64,000 bases of DNA from Eledone cirrhosa (lineage: Eukaryota): contig OZ024746.1 of assembly GCA_964016885.1 (NCBI GenBank), positions 1,240,001 through 1,304,000 on the forward strand, read 5' to 3'. Position numbers and translations under genes: made by a program. The notes under the pieces were generated by a model, which did not search any database, was not told the origin of the DNA, and saw only the letters and a list, made by a program, of their open reading frames with translations. This document shows, piece after piece, positions 40,861 through 56,268 of this stretch (positions are counted from its first letter, which is position 1; every line of letters begins with the position of its first letter).

Positions 40861-43800
40861 GATCCCTAACACACACCTTCGTCTTGTGGTTGAGACAGGA
40901 GATCCCTAACACACACCTTCGCCTTGTGGTTGAGACAGGAGATCCCTAACACACACCTTCGCCTTGTGGTTGAGACAGGAGATCCCTAACACCGTCTTGT
41001 GGTTGAGACAGGAGATCCCTAACACACACCTTCGCCTTGTGGTTGAGACAGGAGATCCCTAACACACACCTTCGTCTTGTGGTTGAGACAGGAGATCCCT
41101 AACACACACCTTCGCCTTGTGGTTGAGACAGGAGATCCCTAACACACACCTTCGTCTTGTGGTTGAGACAGTGGTTGAGACAGGAGATCCCTAACACACA
41201 CCTTCGTCTTGTGGTTGAGACAGGAGATCCCTAACACACACCTTCGCCTTGTGGTTGAGACAGGAGATCCCTAACACACACCTTCGCCTTGTGGTTGAGA
41301 CAGGAGATCCCTAACACACACCTTCGTCTTGTGGTTGAGACAGGAGATCCCTAACACACACCTTCGCCTTGTGGTTGAGACAGGAGATCCCTAACACACA
41401 CCTTCGCCTTGTGGTTGAGACAGGAGATCCCTAACACACACCTTCGTCTTGTGGTTGAGACAGGAGATCCCTAACACCGTCTTGTGGTTGAGACAGGAGA
41501 TCCCTAACACACACCTTCGCCTTGTGGTTGAGACAGGAGATCCCTAACACACACCTTCGTCTTGTGGTTGAGACAGGAGATCCCTAACACCGTCTTGTGG
41601 TTGAGACAGGAGATCCCTAACACACACCTTCGTCTTGTGGTTGAGACAGGAGATCCCTAACACACACCTTCGTCTTGTGGTTGAGACAGGAGATCCCTAA
41701 CACCGTCTTGTGGTTGAGACAGGAGATCCCTAACACACACCTTCGTCTTGTGGTTGAGACAGGAGATCCCTAACACACACCTTCGTCTTGTGGTTGAGAC
41801 AGGAGATCCCTAACACACACCTTCGTCTTGTGGTTGAGACAGGAGATCCCTAACACACACCTTCGCCTTGTGGTTGAGACAGGAGATCCCTAACACCGTC
41901 TTGTGGTTGAGACAGGAGATCCCTAACACACACCTTCGCCTTGTGGTTGAGACAGGAGATCCCTAACACACACCTTCGTCTTGTGGTTGAGACAGGAGAT
42001 CCCTAACACACACCTTCGCCTTGTGGTTGAGACAGGAGATCCCTAACACCGTCTTGTGGTTGAGACAGGAGATCCCTAACACACACCTTCGCCTTGTGGT
42101 TGAGACAGGAGATCCCTAACACACACCTTCGCCTTGTGGTTGAGACAGGAGATCCCTAACACACACCTTCGTCTTGTGGTTGAGACAGGAGATCCCTAAC
42201 ACACACCTTCGCCTTGTGGTTGAGACAGGAGATCCCTAACACACACCTTCGCCTTGTGGTTGAGACAGGAGATCCCTAACACACACCTTCGTCTTGTGGT
42301 TGAGACAGGAGATCCCTAACACACACCTTCGCCTTGTGGTTGAGACAGGAGATCCCTAACACACACCTTCGCCTTGTGGTTGAGACAGGAGATCCCTAAC
42401 ACACACCTTCGTCTTGTGGTTGAGACAGGAGATCCCTAACACACACCTTCGCCTTGTGGTTGAGACAGGAGATCCCTAACACCGTCTTGTGGTTGAGACA
42501 GGAGATCCCTAACACCGTCTTGTGGTTGAGACAGGAGATCCCTAACACACACCTTCGCCTTGTGGTTGAGACAGGAGATCCCTAACACACACCTTCGCCT
42601 TGTGGTTGAGACAGGAGATCCCTAACACACACCTTCGTCTTGTGGTTGAGACAGGAGATCCCTAACACACACCTTCGCCTTGTGGTTGAGACAGGAGATC
42701 CCTAACACCGTCTTGTGGTTGAGACAGGAGATCCCTAACACACACCTTCGCCTTGTGGTTGAGACAGGAGATCCCTAACACACACCTTCGCCTTGTGGTT
42801 GAGACAGGAGATCCCTAACACACACCTTCGCCTTGTGGTTGAGACAGGAGATCCCTAACACACACCTTCGTCTTGTGGTTGAGACAGGAGATCCCTAACA
42901 CCGTCTTGTGGTTGAGACAGGAGATCCCTAACACACACCTTCGTCTTGTGGTTGAGACAGGAGATCCCTAACACCGTCTTGTGGTTGAGACAGGAGATCC
43001 CTAACACACACCTTCGTCTTGTGGTTGAGACAGGAGATCCCTAACACACACCTTCGCCTTGTGGTTGAGACAGGAGATCCCTAACACCGTCTTGTGGTTG
43101 AGACAGGAGATCCCTAACACACACCTTCGCCTTGTGGTTGAGACAGGAGATCCCTAACACACACCTTCGTCTTGTGGTTGAGACAGGAGATCCCTAACAC
43201 CGTCTTGTGGTTGAGACAGGAGATCCCTAACACACACCTTCGCCTTGTGGTTGAGACAGGAGATCCCTAACACACACCTTCGTCTTGTGGTTCAGACAGG
43301 AGATCCCTAACACCGTCTTGTGGTTGAGACAGGAGATCCCTAACACACACCTTCGTCTTGTGGTTGAGACAGGAGATCCCTAACACACACCTTCGCCTTG
43401 TGGTTGAGACAGGAGATCCCTAACACACACCTTCGCCTTGTGGTTGAGACAGGAGATCCCTAACACACACCTTCGTCTTGTGGTTGAGACAGGAGATCCC
43501 TAACACCGTCTTGTGGTTGAGACAGGAGATCCCTAACACCGTCTTGTGGTTGAGACAGGAGATCCCTAACACACACCTTCGCCTTGTGGTTGAGACAGGA
43601 GATCCCTAACACCGTCTTGTGGTTGAGACAGGAGATCCCTAACACACACCTTCGCCTTGTGGTTGAGACAGGAGATCCCTAACACACACCTTCGCCTTGT
43701 GGTTCAGACAGGAGATCCCTAACACCGTCTTGTGGTTGAGACAGGAGATCCCTAACACACACCTTCGTCTTGTGGTTGAGACAGGAGATCCCTAACACCG

Positions 43801-46800
43801 TCTTGTGGTTGAGACAGGAGATCCCTAACACCGTCTTGTGGTTGAGACAGGAGATCCCTAACACCGTCTTGTGGTTGAGACAGGAGATCCCTAACACACA
43901 CCTTCGCCTTGTGGTTGAGACAGGAGATCCCTAACACACACCTTCGCCTTGTGGTTGAGACAGGAGATCCCTAACACACACCTTCGCCTTGTGGTTCAGA
44001 CAGGAGATCCCTAACACCGTCTTGTGGTTGAGACAGGAGATCCCTAACACACACCTTCGTCTTGTGGTTGAGACAGGAGATCCCTAACACACACCTTCGC
44101 CTTGTGGTTCAGACAGGAGATCCCTAACACCGTCTTGTGGTTGAGACAGGAGATCCCTAACACACACCTTCGCCTTGTGGTTGAGACAGGAGATCCCTAA
44201 CACACACCTTCGCCTTGTGGTTCAGACAGGAGATCCCTAACACCGTCTTGTGGTTGAGACAGGAGATCCCTAACACACACCTTCGCCTTGTGGTTGAGAC
44301 AGGAGATCCCTAACACACACCTTCGCCTTGTGGTTGAGACAGGAGATCCCTAACACACACCTTCGCCTTGTGGTTCAGACAGGAGATCCCTAACACCGTC
44401 TTGTGGTTGAGACAGGAGATCCCTAACACACACCTTCGCCTTGTGGTTGAGACAGGAGATCCCTAACACACACCTTCGCCTTGTGGTTGAGACAGGAGAT
44501 CCCTAACACACACCTTCGCCTTGTGGTTCAGACAGGAGATCCCTAACACCGTCTTGTGGTTGAGACAGGAGATCCCTAACACACACCTTCGCCTTGTGGT
44601 TGAGACAGGAGATCCCTAACACACACCTTCGCCTTGTGGTTGAGACAGGAGATCCCTAACACACACCTTCGCCTTGTGGTTCAGACAGGAGATCCCTAAC
44701 ACCGTCTTGTGGTTGAGACAGGAGATCCCTAACACACACCTTCGCCTTGTGGTTGAGACAGGAGATCCCTAACACACACCTTCGCCTTGTGGTTCAGACA
44801 GGAGATCCCTAACACCGTCTTGTGGTTGAGACAGGAGATCCCTAACACACACCTTCGCCTTGTGGTTGAGACAGGAGATCCCTAACACACACCTTCGCCT
44901 TGTGGTTCAGACAGGAGATCCCTAACACCGTCTTGTGGTTGAGACAGGAGATCCCTAACACACACCTTCGTCTTGTGGTTGAGACAGGAGATCCCTAACA
45001 CACACCTTCGTCTTGTGGTTGAGACAGGAGATCCCTAACACACACCTTCGCCTTGTGGTTGAGACAGGAGATCCCTAACACACACCTTCGCCTTGTGGTT
45101 GAGACAGGAGATCCCTAACACACACCTTCGCCTTGTGGTTCAGACAGGAGATCCCTAACACCGTCTTGTGGTTGAGACAGGAGATCCCTAACACACACCT
45201 TCGTCTTGTGGTTGAGACAGGAGATCCCTAACACACACCTTCGCCTTGTGGTTCAGACAGGAGATCCCTAACACCGTCTTGTGGTTGAGACAGGAGATCC
45301 CTAACACACACCTTCGTCTTGTGGTTGAGACAGGAGATCCCTAACACCGTCTTGTGGTTGAGACAGGAGATCCCTAACACCGTCTTGTGGTTGAGACAGG
45401 AGATCCCTAACACCGTCTTGTGGTTGAGACAGGAGATCCCTAACACACACCTTCGCCTTGTGGTTGAGACAGGAGATCCCTAACACACACCTTCGCCTTG
45501 TGGTTGAGACAGGAGATCCCTAACACACACCTTCGCCTTGTGGTTCAGACAGGAGATCCCTAACACCGTCTTGTGGTTGAGACAGGAGATCCCTAACACA
45601 CACCTTCGTCTTGTGGTTGAGACAGGAGATCCCTAACACACACCTTCGCCTTGTGGTTGAGACAGGAGATCCCTAACACACACCTTCGCCTTGTGGTTCA
45701 GACAGGAGATCCCTAACACCGTCTTGTGGTTGAGACAGGAGATCCCTAACACACACCTTCGTCTTGTGGTTGAGACAGGAGATCCCTAACACACACCTTC
45801 GTCTTGTGGTTGAGACAGGAGATCCCTAACACCGTCTTGTGGTTGAGACAGGAGATCCCTAACACCGTCTTGTGGTTGAGACAGGAGATCCCTAACACCG
45901 TGAGACTTGTGGTTGAGACAGGAGATCCCTAACACCGTCTTGTGGTTGAGACAGGAGATCCCTAACACACACCTTCGCCTTGTGGTTGAGACAGGAGATC
46001 CCTAACACCGTCTTGTGGTTGAGACAGGAGATCCCTAACACCGTCTTGTGGTTGAGACAGGAGATCCCTAACACACACCTTCGCCTTGTGGTTGAGACAG
46101 GAGATCCCTAACACCGTCTTGTGGTTGAGACAGGAGATCCCTAACACCGTCTTGTGGTTGAGACAGGAGATCCCTAACACACACCTTCGCCTTGTGGTTG
46201 AGACAGGAGATCCCTAACACACACCTTCGTCTTGTGGTTGAGACAGGAGATCCCTAACACACACCTTCGTCTTGTGGTTGAGACAGGAGATCCCTAACAC
46301 CGTCTTGTGGTTGAGACAGGAGATCCCTAACACACACCTTCGCCTTGTGGTTGAGACAGGAGATCCCTAACACCGTCTTGTGGTTGAGACAGGAGATCCC
46401 TAACACACACCTTCGTCTTGTGGTTGAGACAGGAGATCCCTAACACACACCTTCGTCTTGTGGTTGAGACAGGAGATCCCTAACACACACCTTCGCCTTG
46501 TGGTTGAGACAGGAGATCCCTAACACCGTCTTGTGGTTGAGACAGGAGATCCCTAACACACACCTTCGCCTTGTGGTTGAGACAGGAGATCCCTAACACC
46601 GTCTTGTGGTTGAGACAGGAGATCCCTAACACACACCTTCGTCTTGTGGTTGAGACAGGAGATCCCTAACACACACCTTCGTCTTGTGGTTGAGACAGGA
46701 GATCCCTAACACACACCTTCGCCTTGTGGTTGAGACAGGAGATCCCTAACACACACCTTCGCCTTGTGGTTGAGACAGGAGATCCCTAACACCGTCTTGT

Positions 46801-49800
46801 GGTTGAGACAGGAGATCCCTAACACACACCTTCGTCTTGTGGTTGAGACAGGAGATCCCTAACACACACCTTCGTCTTGTGGTTGAGACAGGAGATCCCT
46901 AACACCGTCTTGTGGTTGAGACAGGAGATCCCTAACACACACCTTCGCCTTGTGGTTGAGACAGGAGATCCCTAACACACACCTTCGCCTTGTGGTTGAG
47001 ACAGGAGATCCCTAACACACACCTTCGCCTTGTGGTTGAGACAGGAGATCCCTAACACACACCTTCGTCTTGTGGTTGAGACAGGAGATCCCTAACACAC
47101 ACCTTCGCCTTGTGGTTGAGACAGGAGATCCCTAACACACACCTTCGTCTTGTGGTTGAGACAGGAGATCCCTAACACCGTCTTGTGGTTGAGACAGGAG
47201 ATCCCTAACACACACCTTCGCCTTGTGGTTGAGACAGGAGATCCCTAACACACACCTTCGCCTTGTGGTTGAGACAGGAGATCCCTAACACACACCTTCG
47301 CCTTGTGGTTGAGACAGGAGATCCCTAACACCGTCTTGTGGTTGAGACAGGAGATCCCTAACATACACCTTCGTCTTGTGGTTGAGACAGGAGATCCCTA
47401 ACACACACCTTCGTCTTGTGGTTGAGACAGGAGATCCCTAACACACACCTTCGCCTTGTGGTTGAGACAGGAGATCCCTAACACCGTCTTGTGGTTGAGA
47501 CAGGAGATCCCTAACATACACCTTCGTCTTGTGGTTGAGACAGGAGATCCCTAACACACACCTTCGCCTTGTGGTTGAGACAGGAGATCCCTAACACCGT
47601 CTTGTGGTTGAGACAGGAGATCCCTAACACACACCTTCGTCTTGTGGTTGAGACAGGAGATCCCTAACACCGTCTTGTGGTTGAGACAGGAGATCCCTAA
47701 CACACACCTTCGCCTTGTGGTTGAGACAGGAGATCCCTAACACCGTCTTGTGGTTGAGACAGGAGATCCCTAACATACACCTTCGTCGTGTGGTTGAGAC
47801 AGGAGATCCCTAACACACACCTTCGTCTTGTGGTTGAGACAGGAGATCCCTAACACCGTCTTGTGGTTGAGACAGGAGATCCCTAACACACACCTTCGCC
47901 TTGTGGTTGAGACAGGAGATCCCTAACACACACCTTCGTCTTGTGGTTGAGACAGGAGATCCCTAACACACACCTTCGTCTTGTGGTTGAGACAGGAGAT
48001 CCCTAACACACACCTTCGTCTTGTGGTTGAGACAGGAGATCCCTAACACACACCTTCGCCTTGTGGTTGAGACAGGAGATCCCTAACACACACCTTCGTC
48101 TTGTGGTTGAGACAGGAGATCCCTAACATACACCTTCGTCTTGTGGTTGAGACAGGAGATCCCTAACACACACCTTCGTCTTGTGGTTGAGACAGGAGAT
48201 CCCTAACACACACCTTCGCCTTGTGGTTGAGACAGGAGATCCCTAACACCGTCTTGTGGTTGAGACAGGAGATCCCTAACATACACCTTCGTCTTGTGGT
48301 TGAGACAGGAGATCCCTAACACACACCTTCGTCTTGTGGTTGAGACAGGAGATCCCTAACACACACCTTCGTCTTGTGGTTGAGACAGGAGATCCCTAAC
48401 ACACACCTTCGCCTTGTGGTTGAGACAGGAGATCCCTAACACACACCTTCGTCTTGTGGTTGAGACAGGAGATCCCTAACACCGTCTTGTGGTTGAGACA
48501 GGAGATCCCTAACATACACCTTCGTCTTGTGGTTGAGACAGGAGATCCCTAACACACACCTTCGCCTTGTGGTTGAGACAGGAGATCCCTAACACACACC
48601 TTCGCCTTGTGGTTGAGACAGGAGATCCCTAACACCGTCTTGTGGTTGAGACAGGAGATCCCTAACATACACCTTCGTCTTGTGGTTGAGACAGGAGATC
48701 CCTAACACACACCTTCGTCTTGTGGTTGAGACAGGAGATCCCTAACACCGTCTTGTGGTTGAGACAGGAGATCCCTAACACACACCTTCGTCTTGTGGTT
48801 GAGACAGGAGATCCCTAACACACACCTTCGTCTTGTGGTTGAGACAGGAGATCCCTAACACACACCTTCGTCTTGTGGTTGAGACAGGAGATCCCTAACA
48901 CACACCTTCGTCTTGTGGTTGAGACAGGAGATCCCTAACACACACCTTCGTCTTGTGGTTGAGACAGGAGATCCCTAACACACACCTTCGTCTTGTGGTT
49001 GAGACAGGAGATCCCTAACACACACCTTCGCCTTGTGGTTGAGACAGGAGATCCCTAACACCGTCTTGTGGTTGAGACAGGAGATCCCTAACACCCGTCT
49101 TGTGGTTGAGACAGGAGATCCCTAACACACACCTTCGTCTTGTGGTTGAGACAGGAGATCCCTAACATACACCTTCGCCTTGTGGTTGAGACAGGAGATC
49201 CCAAACATACACCTTCGTCTTGTGGTTGAGACAGGAGATCCCTAACACACACCTTCGTCTTGTGGTTGAGACAGGAGATCCCTAACACACACCTTCGTCT
49301 TGTGGTTGAGACAGGAGATCCCTAACACACACCTTCGCCTTGTGGTTGAGACAGGAGATCCCTAACACCGTCTTGTGGTTGAGACAGGAGATCCCTAACA
49401 TACACCTTCGTCTTGTGGTTGAGACAGGAGATCCCTAACATACACCTTCGTCTTGTGGTTGAGACAGGAGATCCCTAACACACACCTTCGTCTTGTGGTT
49501 GAGACAGGAGATCCCTAACACACACCTTCGTCTTGTGGTTGAGACAGGAGATCCCTAACACACACCTTCGCCTTGTGGTTGAGACAGGAGATCCCTAACA
49601 CCGTCTTGTGGTTGAGACAGGAGATCCCTAACATACACCTTCGTCTTGTGGTTGAGACAGGAGATCCCTAACACACACCTTCGTCTTGTGGTTGAGACAG
49701 GAGATCCCTAACACACACCTTCGTCTTGTGGTTGAGACAGGAGATCCCTAACACACACCTTCGCCTTGTGGTTGAGACAGGAGATCCCTAACACCGTCTT

Positions 49801-52483
49801 GTGGTTGAGACAGGAGATCCCTAACATACACCTTCGTCTTGTGGTTGAGACAGGAGATCCCTAACACACACCTTCGTCTTGTGGTTGAGACAGGAGATCC
49901 CTAACACACACCTTCGTCTTGTGGTTGAGACAGGAGATCCCTAACACACACCTTCGCCTTGTGGTTGAGACAGGAGATCCCTAACACCGTCTTGTGGTTG
50001 AGACAGGAGATCCCTAACATACACCTTCGTCTTGTAGTTGAGACAGGAGATCCCTAACACACACCTTCGTCTTGTGGTTGAGACAGGAGATCCCTAACAC
50101 ACACCTTCGTCTTGTGGTTGAGACAGAAGATCCCTAACACACACCTTCGCCTTGTGGTTGAGACAGGAGATCCCTAACACCGTCTTGTGGTTGAGACAGG
50201 AGATCCCTAACACACACCTTCGTCTTGTGGTTGAGACAGGAGATCCCTAACATACACCTTCGCCTTGTGGTTGAGACAGGAGATCCCTAACATACACCTT
50301 CGTCTTGTGGTTGAGACAGGAGATCCCTAACACACACCTTCGTCTTGTGGTTGAGACAGGAGATCCCTAACACACACCTTCGTCTTGTGGTTGAGACAGG
50401 AGATCCCTAACATACACCTTCGTCTTGTGGTTGAGACAGGAGATCCCTAACACACACCTTCGTCTTGTGGTTGAGACAGGAGATCCCTAACACCCGTCCT
50501 TGTGGTTGAGACAGGAGATCCCTAACACACACCTTCGCCTTGTGGTTGAGACAGGAGATCCCTAACACACACCTTCGCCTTGTGGTTGAGACAGGAGATC
50601 CCTAACACACACCTTCGCCTTGTGGTTGAGACAGGAGATCCCTAACACACACCTTCGCCTTGTGGTTGAGACAGGAGATCCCTAACACCGTCTTGTGGTT
50701 GAGACAGGAGATCCCTAACACACACCTTCGCCTTGTGGTTGAGACAGGAGATCCCTAACACACACCTTCGTCTTGTGGTTGAGACAGGAGATCCCTAACA
50801 CACACCTTCGCCTTGTGGTTGAGACAGGAGATCCCTAACACCGTCTTGTGGTTGAGACAGGAGATCCCTAACACCGTCTTGTGGTTGAGACAGGAGATCC
50901 CTAACACCGTCTTGTGGTTGAGACAGGAGATCCCTAACACACACCTTCGTCTTGTGGTTGAGACAGGAGATCCCTAACACACACCTTCGTCTTGTGGTTG
51001 AGACAGGAGATCCCTAACACACACCTTCGCTTGTGGTTGAGACAGGAGATCCCTAACACCGTCTTGTGGTTGAGACAGGAGATCCCTAACACACCTTCGT
51101 CTTGTGGTTGAGACAGGAGATCCCTAACACCGTCTTGTGGTTGAGGACAGGAGATCCCTAACACACACCTTCGTCTTGTGGTTGAGACAGGAGATCCCTA
51201 ACACCGTCTTGTGGTTGAGACAGGAGATCCCTAACACCGTCTTGTGGTTGAGACAGGAGATCCCTAACACACACCTTCGCCTTGTGGTTGAGACAGGAGA
51301 TCCCTAACACACACCTTCGTCTTGTGGTTGAGACAGGAGATCCCTAACACCGTCTTGTGGTTGAGACAGGAGATCCCTAACACACCTTCGTCTTGTGGTT
51401 GAGACAGGAGATCCCTAACACCGTCTTGTGGTTGAGACAGGAGATCCCTAACACACACCTTCGCCTTGTGGTTGAGACAGGAGATCCCTAACACCGTCTT
51501 GTGGTTGAGACAGGAGATCCCTAACACACACCTTCGCCTTGTGGTTGAGACAGGAGATCCCTAACACACACCTTCGTCTTGTGGTTGAGACAGGAGATCC
51601 CTAACACACACCTTCGCCTTGTGGTTGAGACAGGAGATCCCTAACACCGTCTTGTGGTTGAGACAGGAGATCCCTAACACCGTCTTGTGGTTGAGACAGG
51701 AGATCCCTAACACCGTCTTGTGGTTGAGACAGGAGATCCCTAACACACACCTTCGTCTTGTGTTGAGACAGGAGATCCCTAACACCGTCTTGTGGTTGAG
51801 ACAGGAGATCCCTAACACACACCTTCGTCTTGTGGTTGAGACAGGAGATCCCTAACACCGTCTTGTGGTTGAGACAGGATCCCTAACACACCTTCGTCTT
51901 GTGGTTGAGACAGGAGATCCCTAACACACACCTTCGTCTTGTGGTTGAGACAGGAGATCCCTAACACACACCTTCGCCTTGTGGTTGAGACAGGAGATCC
52001 CTAACACACACCTTCGTCTTGTGGTTGAGACAGGAGATCCCTAACACACCTTCGCCTTGTGGTTGAGACAGGAGATCCCTAACACACCCTTCGTCTTGTG
52101 GTTGAGACAGGAGATCCCTAACACACCTTCGTCTTGTGGTTGAGACAGGAGATCCCTAACACACCTCGTCTTGTGGTTGAGACAGGAGATCCCTAACACC
52201 GTCTTGTGGTTGAGACAGAGATCCCTAACACACACCTTCGCTTGTGGTTGAGACAGGAGATCCCTAACACTCGTCTTGTGGTTGAGACAGGAGATCCCTA
52301 ACACCGTCTTGTGGTTGAGACAGGAGATCCCTAACACACCTTCGTCTTGTGGTTGAGACAGGAGATCCCTAACACCGTCTTGTGGTTGAGACAGGAGATC
52401 CCTACACACCTTCGCCTTGTGGTTGAGACAGGAGATCCCTAACACCGTCTTGTGGTTGAGACAGGAGATCCCTAACACCGTCT
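40843..52483. repeat. >=11.6-kb minisatellite of interspersed 40-bp and 33-bp units, ending in the gap
   Basis: CTTGTGGTTGAGACAGGAGATCCCTAACAC[ACACCTT]CGY. Confidence 0.97.
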
Positions 52484-52683
52484 NNNNNNNNNNNNNNNNN
52501 NNNNNNNNNNNNNNNNNNNNNNNNNNNNNNNNNNNNNNNNNNNNNNNNNNNNNNNNNNNNNNNNNNNNNNNNNNNNNNNNNNNNNNNNNNNNNNNNNNNN
52601 NNNNNNNNNNNNNNNNNNNNNNNNNNNNNNNNNNNNNNNNNNNNNNNNNNNNNNNNNNNNNNNNNNNNNNNNNNNNNNNNNNN
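52484..52683. other. Assembly gap (200 N)
   Basis: Run of N; the round length suggests a scaffolding placeholder. Confidence 0.99.
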
Positions 52684-52829
52684 TAGTTGCCTCCCTCCCC
52701 TCTACCAAACTATTTCTATGTTTTACTTTATTTGTGTCCCTAACACACACCACACACATACACACACATACACACACATACACACACATACAGAAATACA
52801 TCAGACTCTCTTGCACACATATTAACATC

Positions 52830-53728
<899 letters not shown>

Positions 53729-53890
53729 AACTCTCGTTTAAGCGTGAAACTAATGAGACTTAATGTCAATACATCCTATTGTTTCTTTCTTGTATCCTTC
53801 ATATATATCCCCCCCCCTCTCTCTCTTTCTCTCTCACACTCTCCCTACCCCCCTCTCTACCACTCTCTCTCTCTCTCTCTCTTTCACTCA

Positions 53891-54005
<115 letters not shown>

Positions 54006-54670
54006 GAGAGAAAGAGAGAAAGAGAGGAGAGATAGTAAGGTTACCACCACCACCACCACCACTACGTTTAGTAACCACCGCCCCACCCAGCTTATTAAAA
54101 TTTATTAATCAATCTCTGGTGAAATTTTATTTTATGTAGCAGCGTCCCTGCGACAATTAATTTTCTTTAGACATTAAAAAACATTGTACATAACAAATAC
54201 GTACATTACTAGAAATTCCATATGTTATAAAATAAATAGGATGGTTGTGGTCTCAATATGTAAACTAAACGACTAATTCTGGTTTTAAGAAAAATCAAGG
54301 GAAACAACCTAGAAACATTACTCCCCCCCCCCTCTTATTATTTGGGACCCGAGAATATAGTGGAGACCCACTAATATATTTAACTATGTTAGTCGGCCGT
54401 TTATTGTTTAGTTGTTAAGTTAGTTTGGAAGGTAAACAATAGTAGAGGTAGTAAAGGCGTTTCTGATGAGAAAATCGAATTAGGAATTGTGTTATTGGTT
54501 TTTATTTATTTTATTTATATGTGTGTTGGTTTATTTATTTCTAATTATGTTAGAAAGTTGATTAAAAGTAATGTTTATAGTGAACTATAGAGATAGATAG
54601 ATAGATAAGTAGATAGATAGTTAAGTAGATAGATCGATAAGTAGATTGATAGATAAGTAGATCGATCGAT

Positions 54671-54937
54671 ATCTTTCTTTATTTGCCACAGGGGCGTACA
54701 GAAATGGGACATTACAAGATGTGACATTAATAAATAACAATAAACTATATATTAAAATAACAATTGAAGTCCCCAATAGGGGGGGGGGGGACGTTACTGC
54801 GGGGTTGTTTTACATCCCGTCGATAGAACAACCCTCAACACCAGGAACACGTTTTGCAGGTGTTCCCGTCTTCCCTCTATTTATCTTCCTCAACCTACAG
54901 GTTTATATACAGAGAAGGCCCATTCACTCGGGCCATT
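54671..54937 (-). mobile_element. Third Tx1/L1-type 3' end (diverged subfamily)
   Basis: Reverse complement begins ATGGCCCGAGTGAATGGGCCTTCTCTGTATATAAACCTGTAG (MARVNGPSLYINL*) and ends GGCAAATAAAGAAA next to (TCTA)n. Confidence 0.82.
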
Positions 54938-55230
54938 TGGTGGTCGTGGTGGTGGTGGTGGTGGTGGTGGTGGTCGTGGTGGTTGTGTGTGGTGGTGGTC
55001 GTGGTGGTGGTGGTGGTGGTGGTGGTGGTGGTGGTGGTGGTGGTGGTGGTGGTGGTGGTGGTGGTGGTGGTGGTGGTGGTGGTGGTGGTGGTGATGGTGG
55101 TGGTGGTGGTGGTGGTGGTGGTGGTGGTGGTGGTGGTGGTGGTGGTGGTGGTGGTGGTGGTGGTCGTGGTGGTGGTGGTGGTGGTCGTGGTGGTGGTGGT
55201 GGTGATGGTGGTGGTGGTGGTGGTGGTGGT
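54938..55230. repeat. (GGT)n microsatellite
   Basis: Direct inspection. Confidence 0.97.
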
Positions 55231-55310
55231 TATTTAAGTGTATACTAATATATTAAGTCATCTATTTATAAATCTCTATTAATAGATACCGATGTGAAAC
55301 ATCGGATAGA

Positions 55311-55505
55311 TTCACGAGAGCCTCTCTACGTAGTCCCTCGACCTGCCAGAAATAGCAGTCAACCCTCCCAGATATAGTTTCACGAGAGCCTCTCTACGTA
55401 GTCCCTCGACCTGCCAGAAATAGCAGTCAACCCTCCCAGATAGATGGTTTCACGAAAGCCTCTCTACGTAGTCCCTCGACCTGCCAGAAATAGCAGTCAA
55501 ATTTC
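55311..55505. repeat. Three ~68-70-bp tandem units TTCACGAGAGCCTCTCTACGTAGTCCCTCGACCTGCCAGAAATAGCAGTCAA
   Basis: Direct inspection; related sequence on the minus strand near 15730-15770. Confidence 0.9.
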
Positions 55506-55664
55506 TCCCAAACAACACCCCTAACAACTTACAAAAGTCCTAGATACCCCTACAATAGGGGATGGTCACAACTGGAATGTATTTTGGCATAGCTCTGATT
55601 AATCAAAATTTGATCTATAACAACATCAACCTCATCTTTAAAATAAGATATCTTTATATATACA

Positions 55665-55736
55665 TCCCAAGTGGTCTAGTGGTTAGGATTCCGCGCTCTC
55701 ACCGCGGCGGCCGGGGTTCGATTCCCCGCTTGGGAA
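55665..55736 (+). tRNA. tRNA-Glu (anticodon CTC)
   Basis: 72 nt; acceptor TCCCAAG/CTTGGGA, A-box TGGTCTAGTGG, anticodon arm CCGCG-CTCTCAC-CGCGG, T-arm CGGGG-TTCGATT-CCCCG. Confidence 0.96.
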
Positions 55737-55740
55737 AGTG

Positions 55741-55748
55741 TTTTTTTT
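55741..55748 (+). terminator. Pol III oligo-T terminator of tRNA-Glu
   Basis: T8 run 4 nt after the discriminator. Confidence 0.8.
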
Positions 55749-56004
55749 GTTTTGTTTCTTTTTGAAAAGGTTAAAATAGAAATGTTCGGGTTAGTGTTGC
55801 GTTTAGGGGTGTCGAGAAGTTATTTTATTCGTTTATATATATATATATATATGTATGAGTGTGTGTGTATGTATGTGTGTGCGTGTGTGTGTGTGTATAT
55901 ATAACACAGTGGGTGTGGTAAGATACCCGGTGGACCTTGGGTTCAAAAAGTGGGAGAGGGTGTAGAACTTTGTCCTTCTTTACAGAAGAAATATTGTATT
56001 GGGA

Positions 56005-56212
56005 ATAGAGAGTGAGAGGGGGAATTGTGAGAGAGGGTGAGGTATGTAGTGGGATATAGAGAGTGGGAGAGAAATTGTTGGTCTAGTGAGAGAGGGGGAA
56101 TTGTGAGAGAGTGAGTTATGTAGTGGAATAAAGAGAGGAGGGGAGAATTTGGTGGTCTTGGGAGAGAGGGCGAAATGTAGGGAGAGTGATTATGTAGTGG
56201 GATATAGAGAGG
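56005..56212. repeat. Purine-rich 74-bp tandem x ~3
   Basis: TATGTAGTGG at 56043, 56117 and 56191. Confidence 0.85.
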
Positions 56213-56268
56213 GGTTAGGATTCAGCACTCTGACCGCGGCGGCCGGGGTTCGATTCCCCGATTAGAAA
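56213..56268 (+). pseudogene. tRNA-Glu pseudogene (3' three-quarters)
   Basis: GGTTAGGATTCAGCACTCTGACCGCGGCGGCCGGGGTTCGATTCCCCG; anticodon stem broken, 5' acceptor strand missing. Confidence 0.85.

Noticed and set aside
40843-52483. CRISPR-like appearance of the 29-40-bp arrays (also 12.4 and 17.3 kb)
   Set aside because: No unique spacers, no cas genes, eukaryotic context.
50990-52483. Rising indel frequency in units near the gap
   Set aside because: More likely low-coverage consensus error at a contig end than biology.
56213-56268. Possible tRNA with Glu body and CTG (Gln) anticodon
   Set aside because: Anticodon stem mismatched and 5' acceptor strand absent, so a pseudogene.
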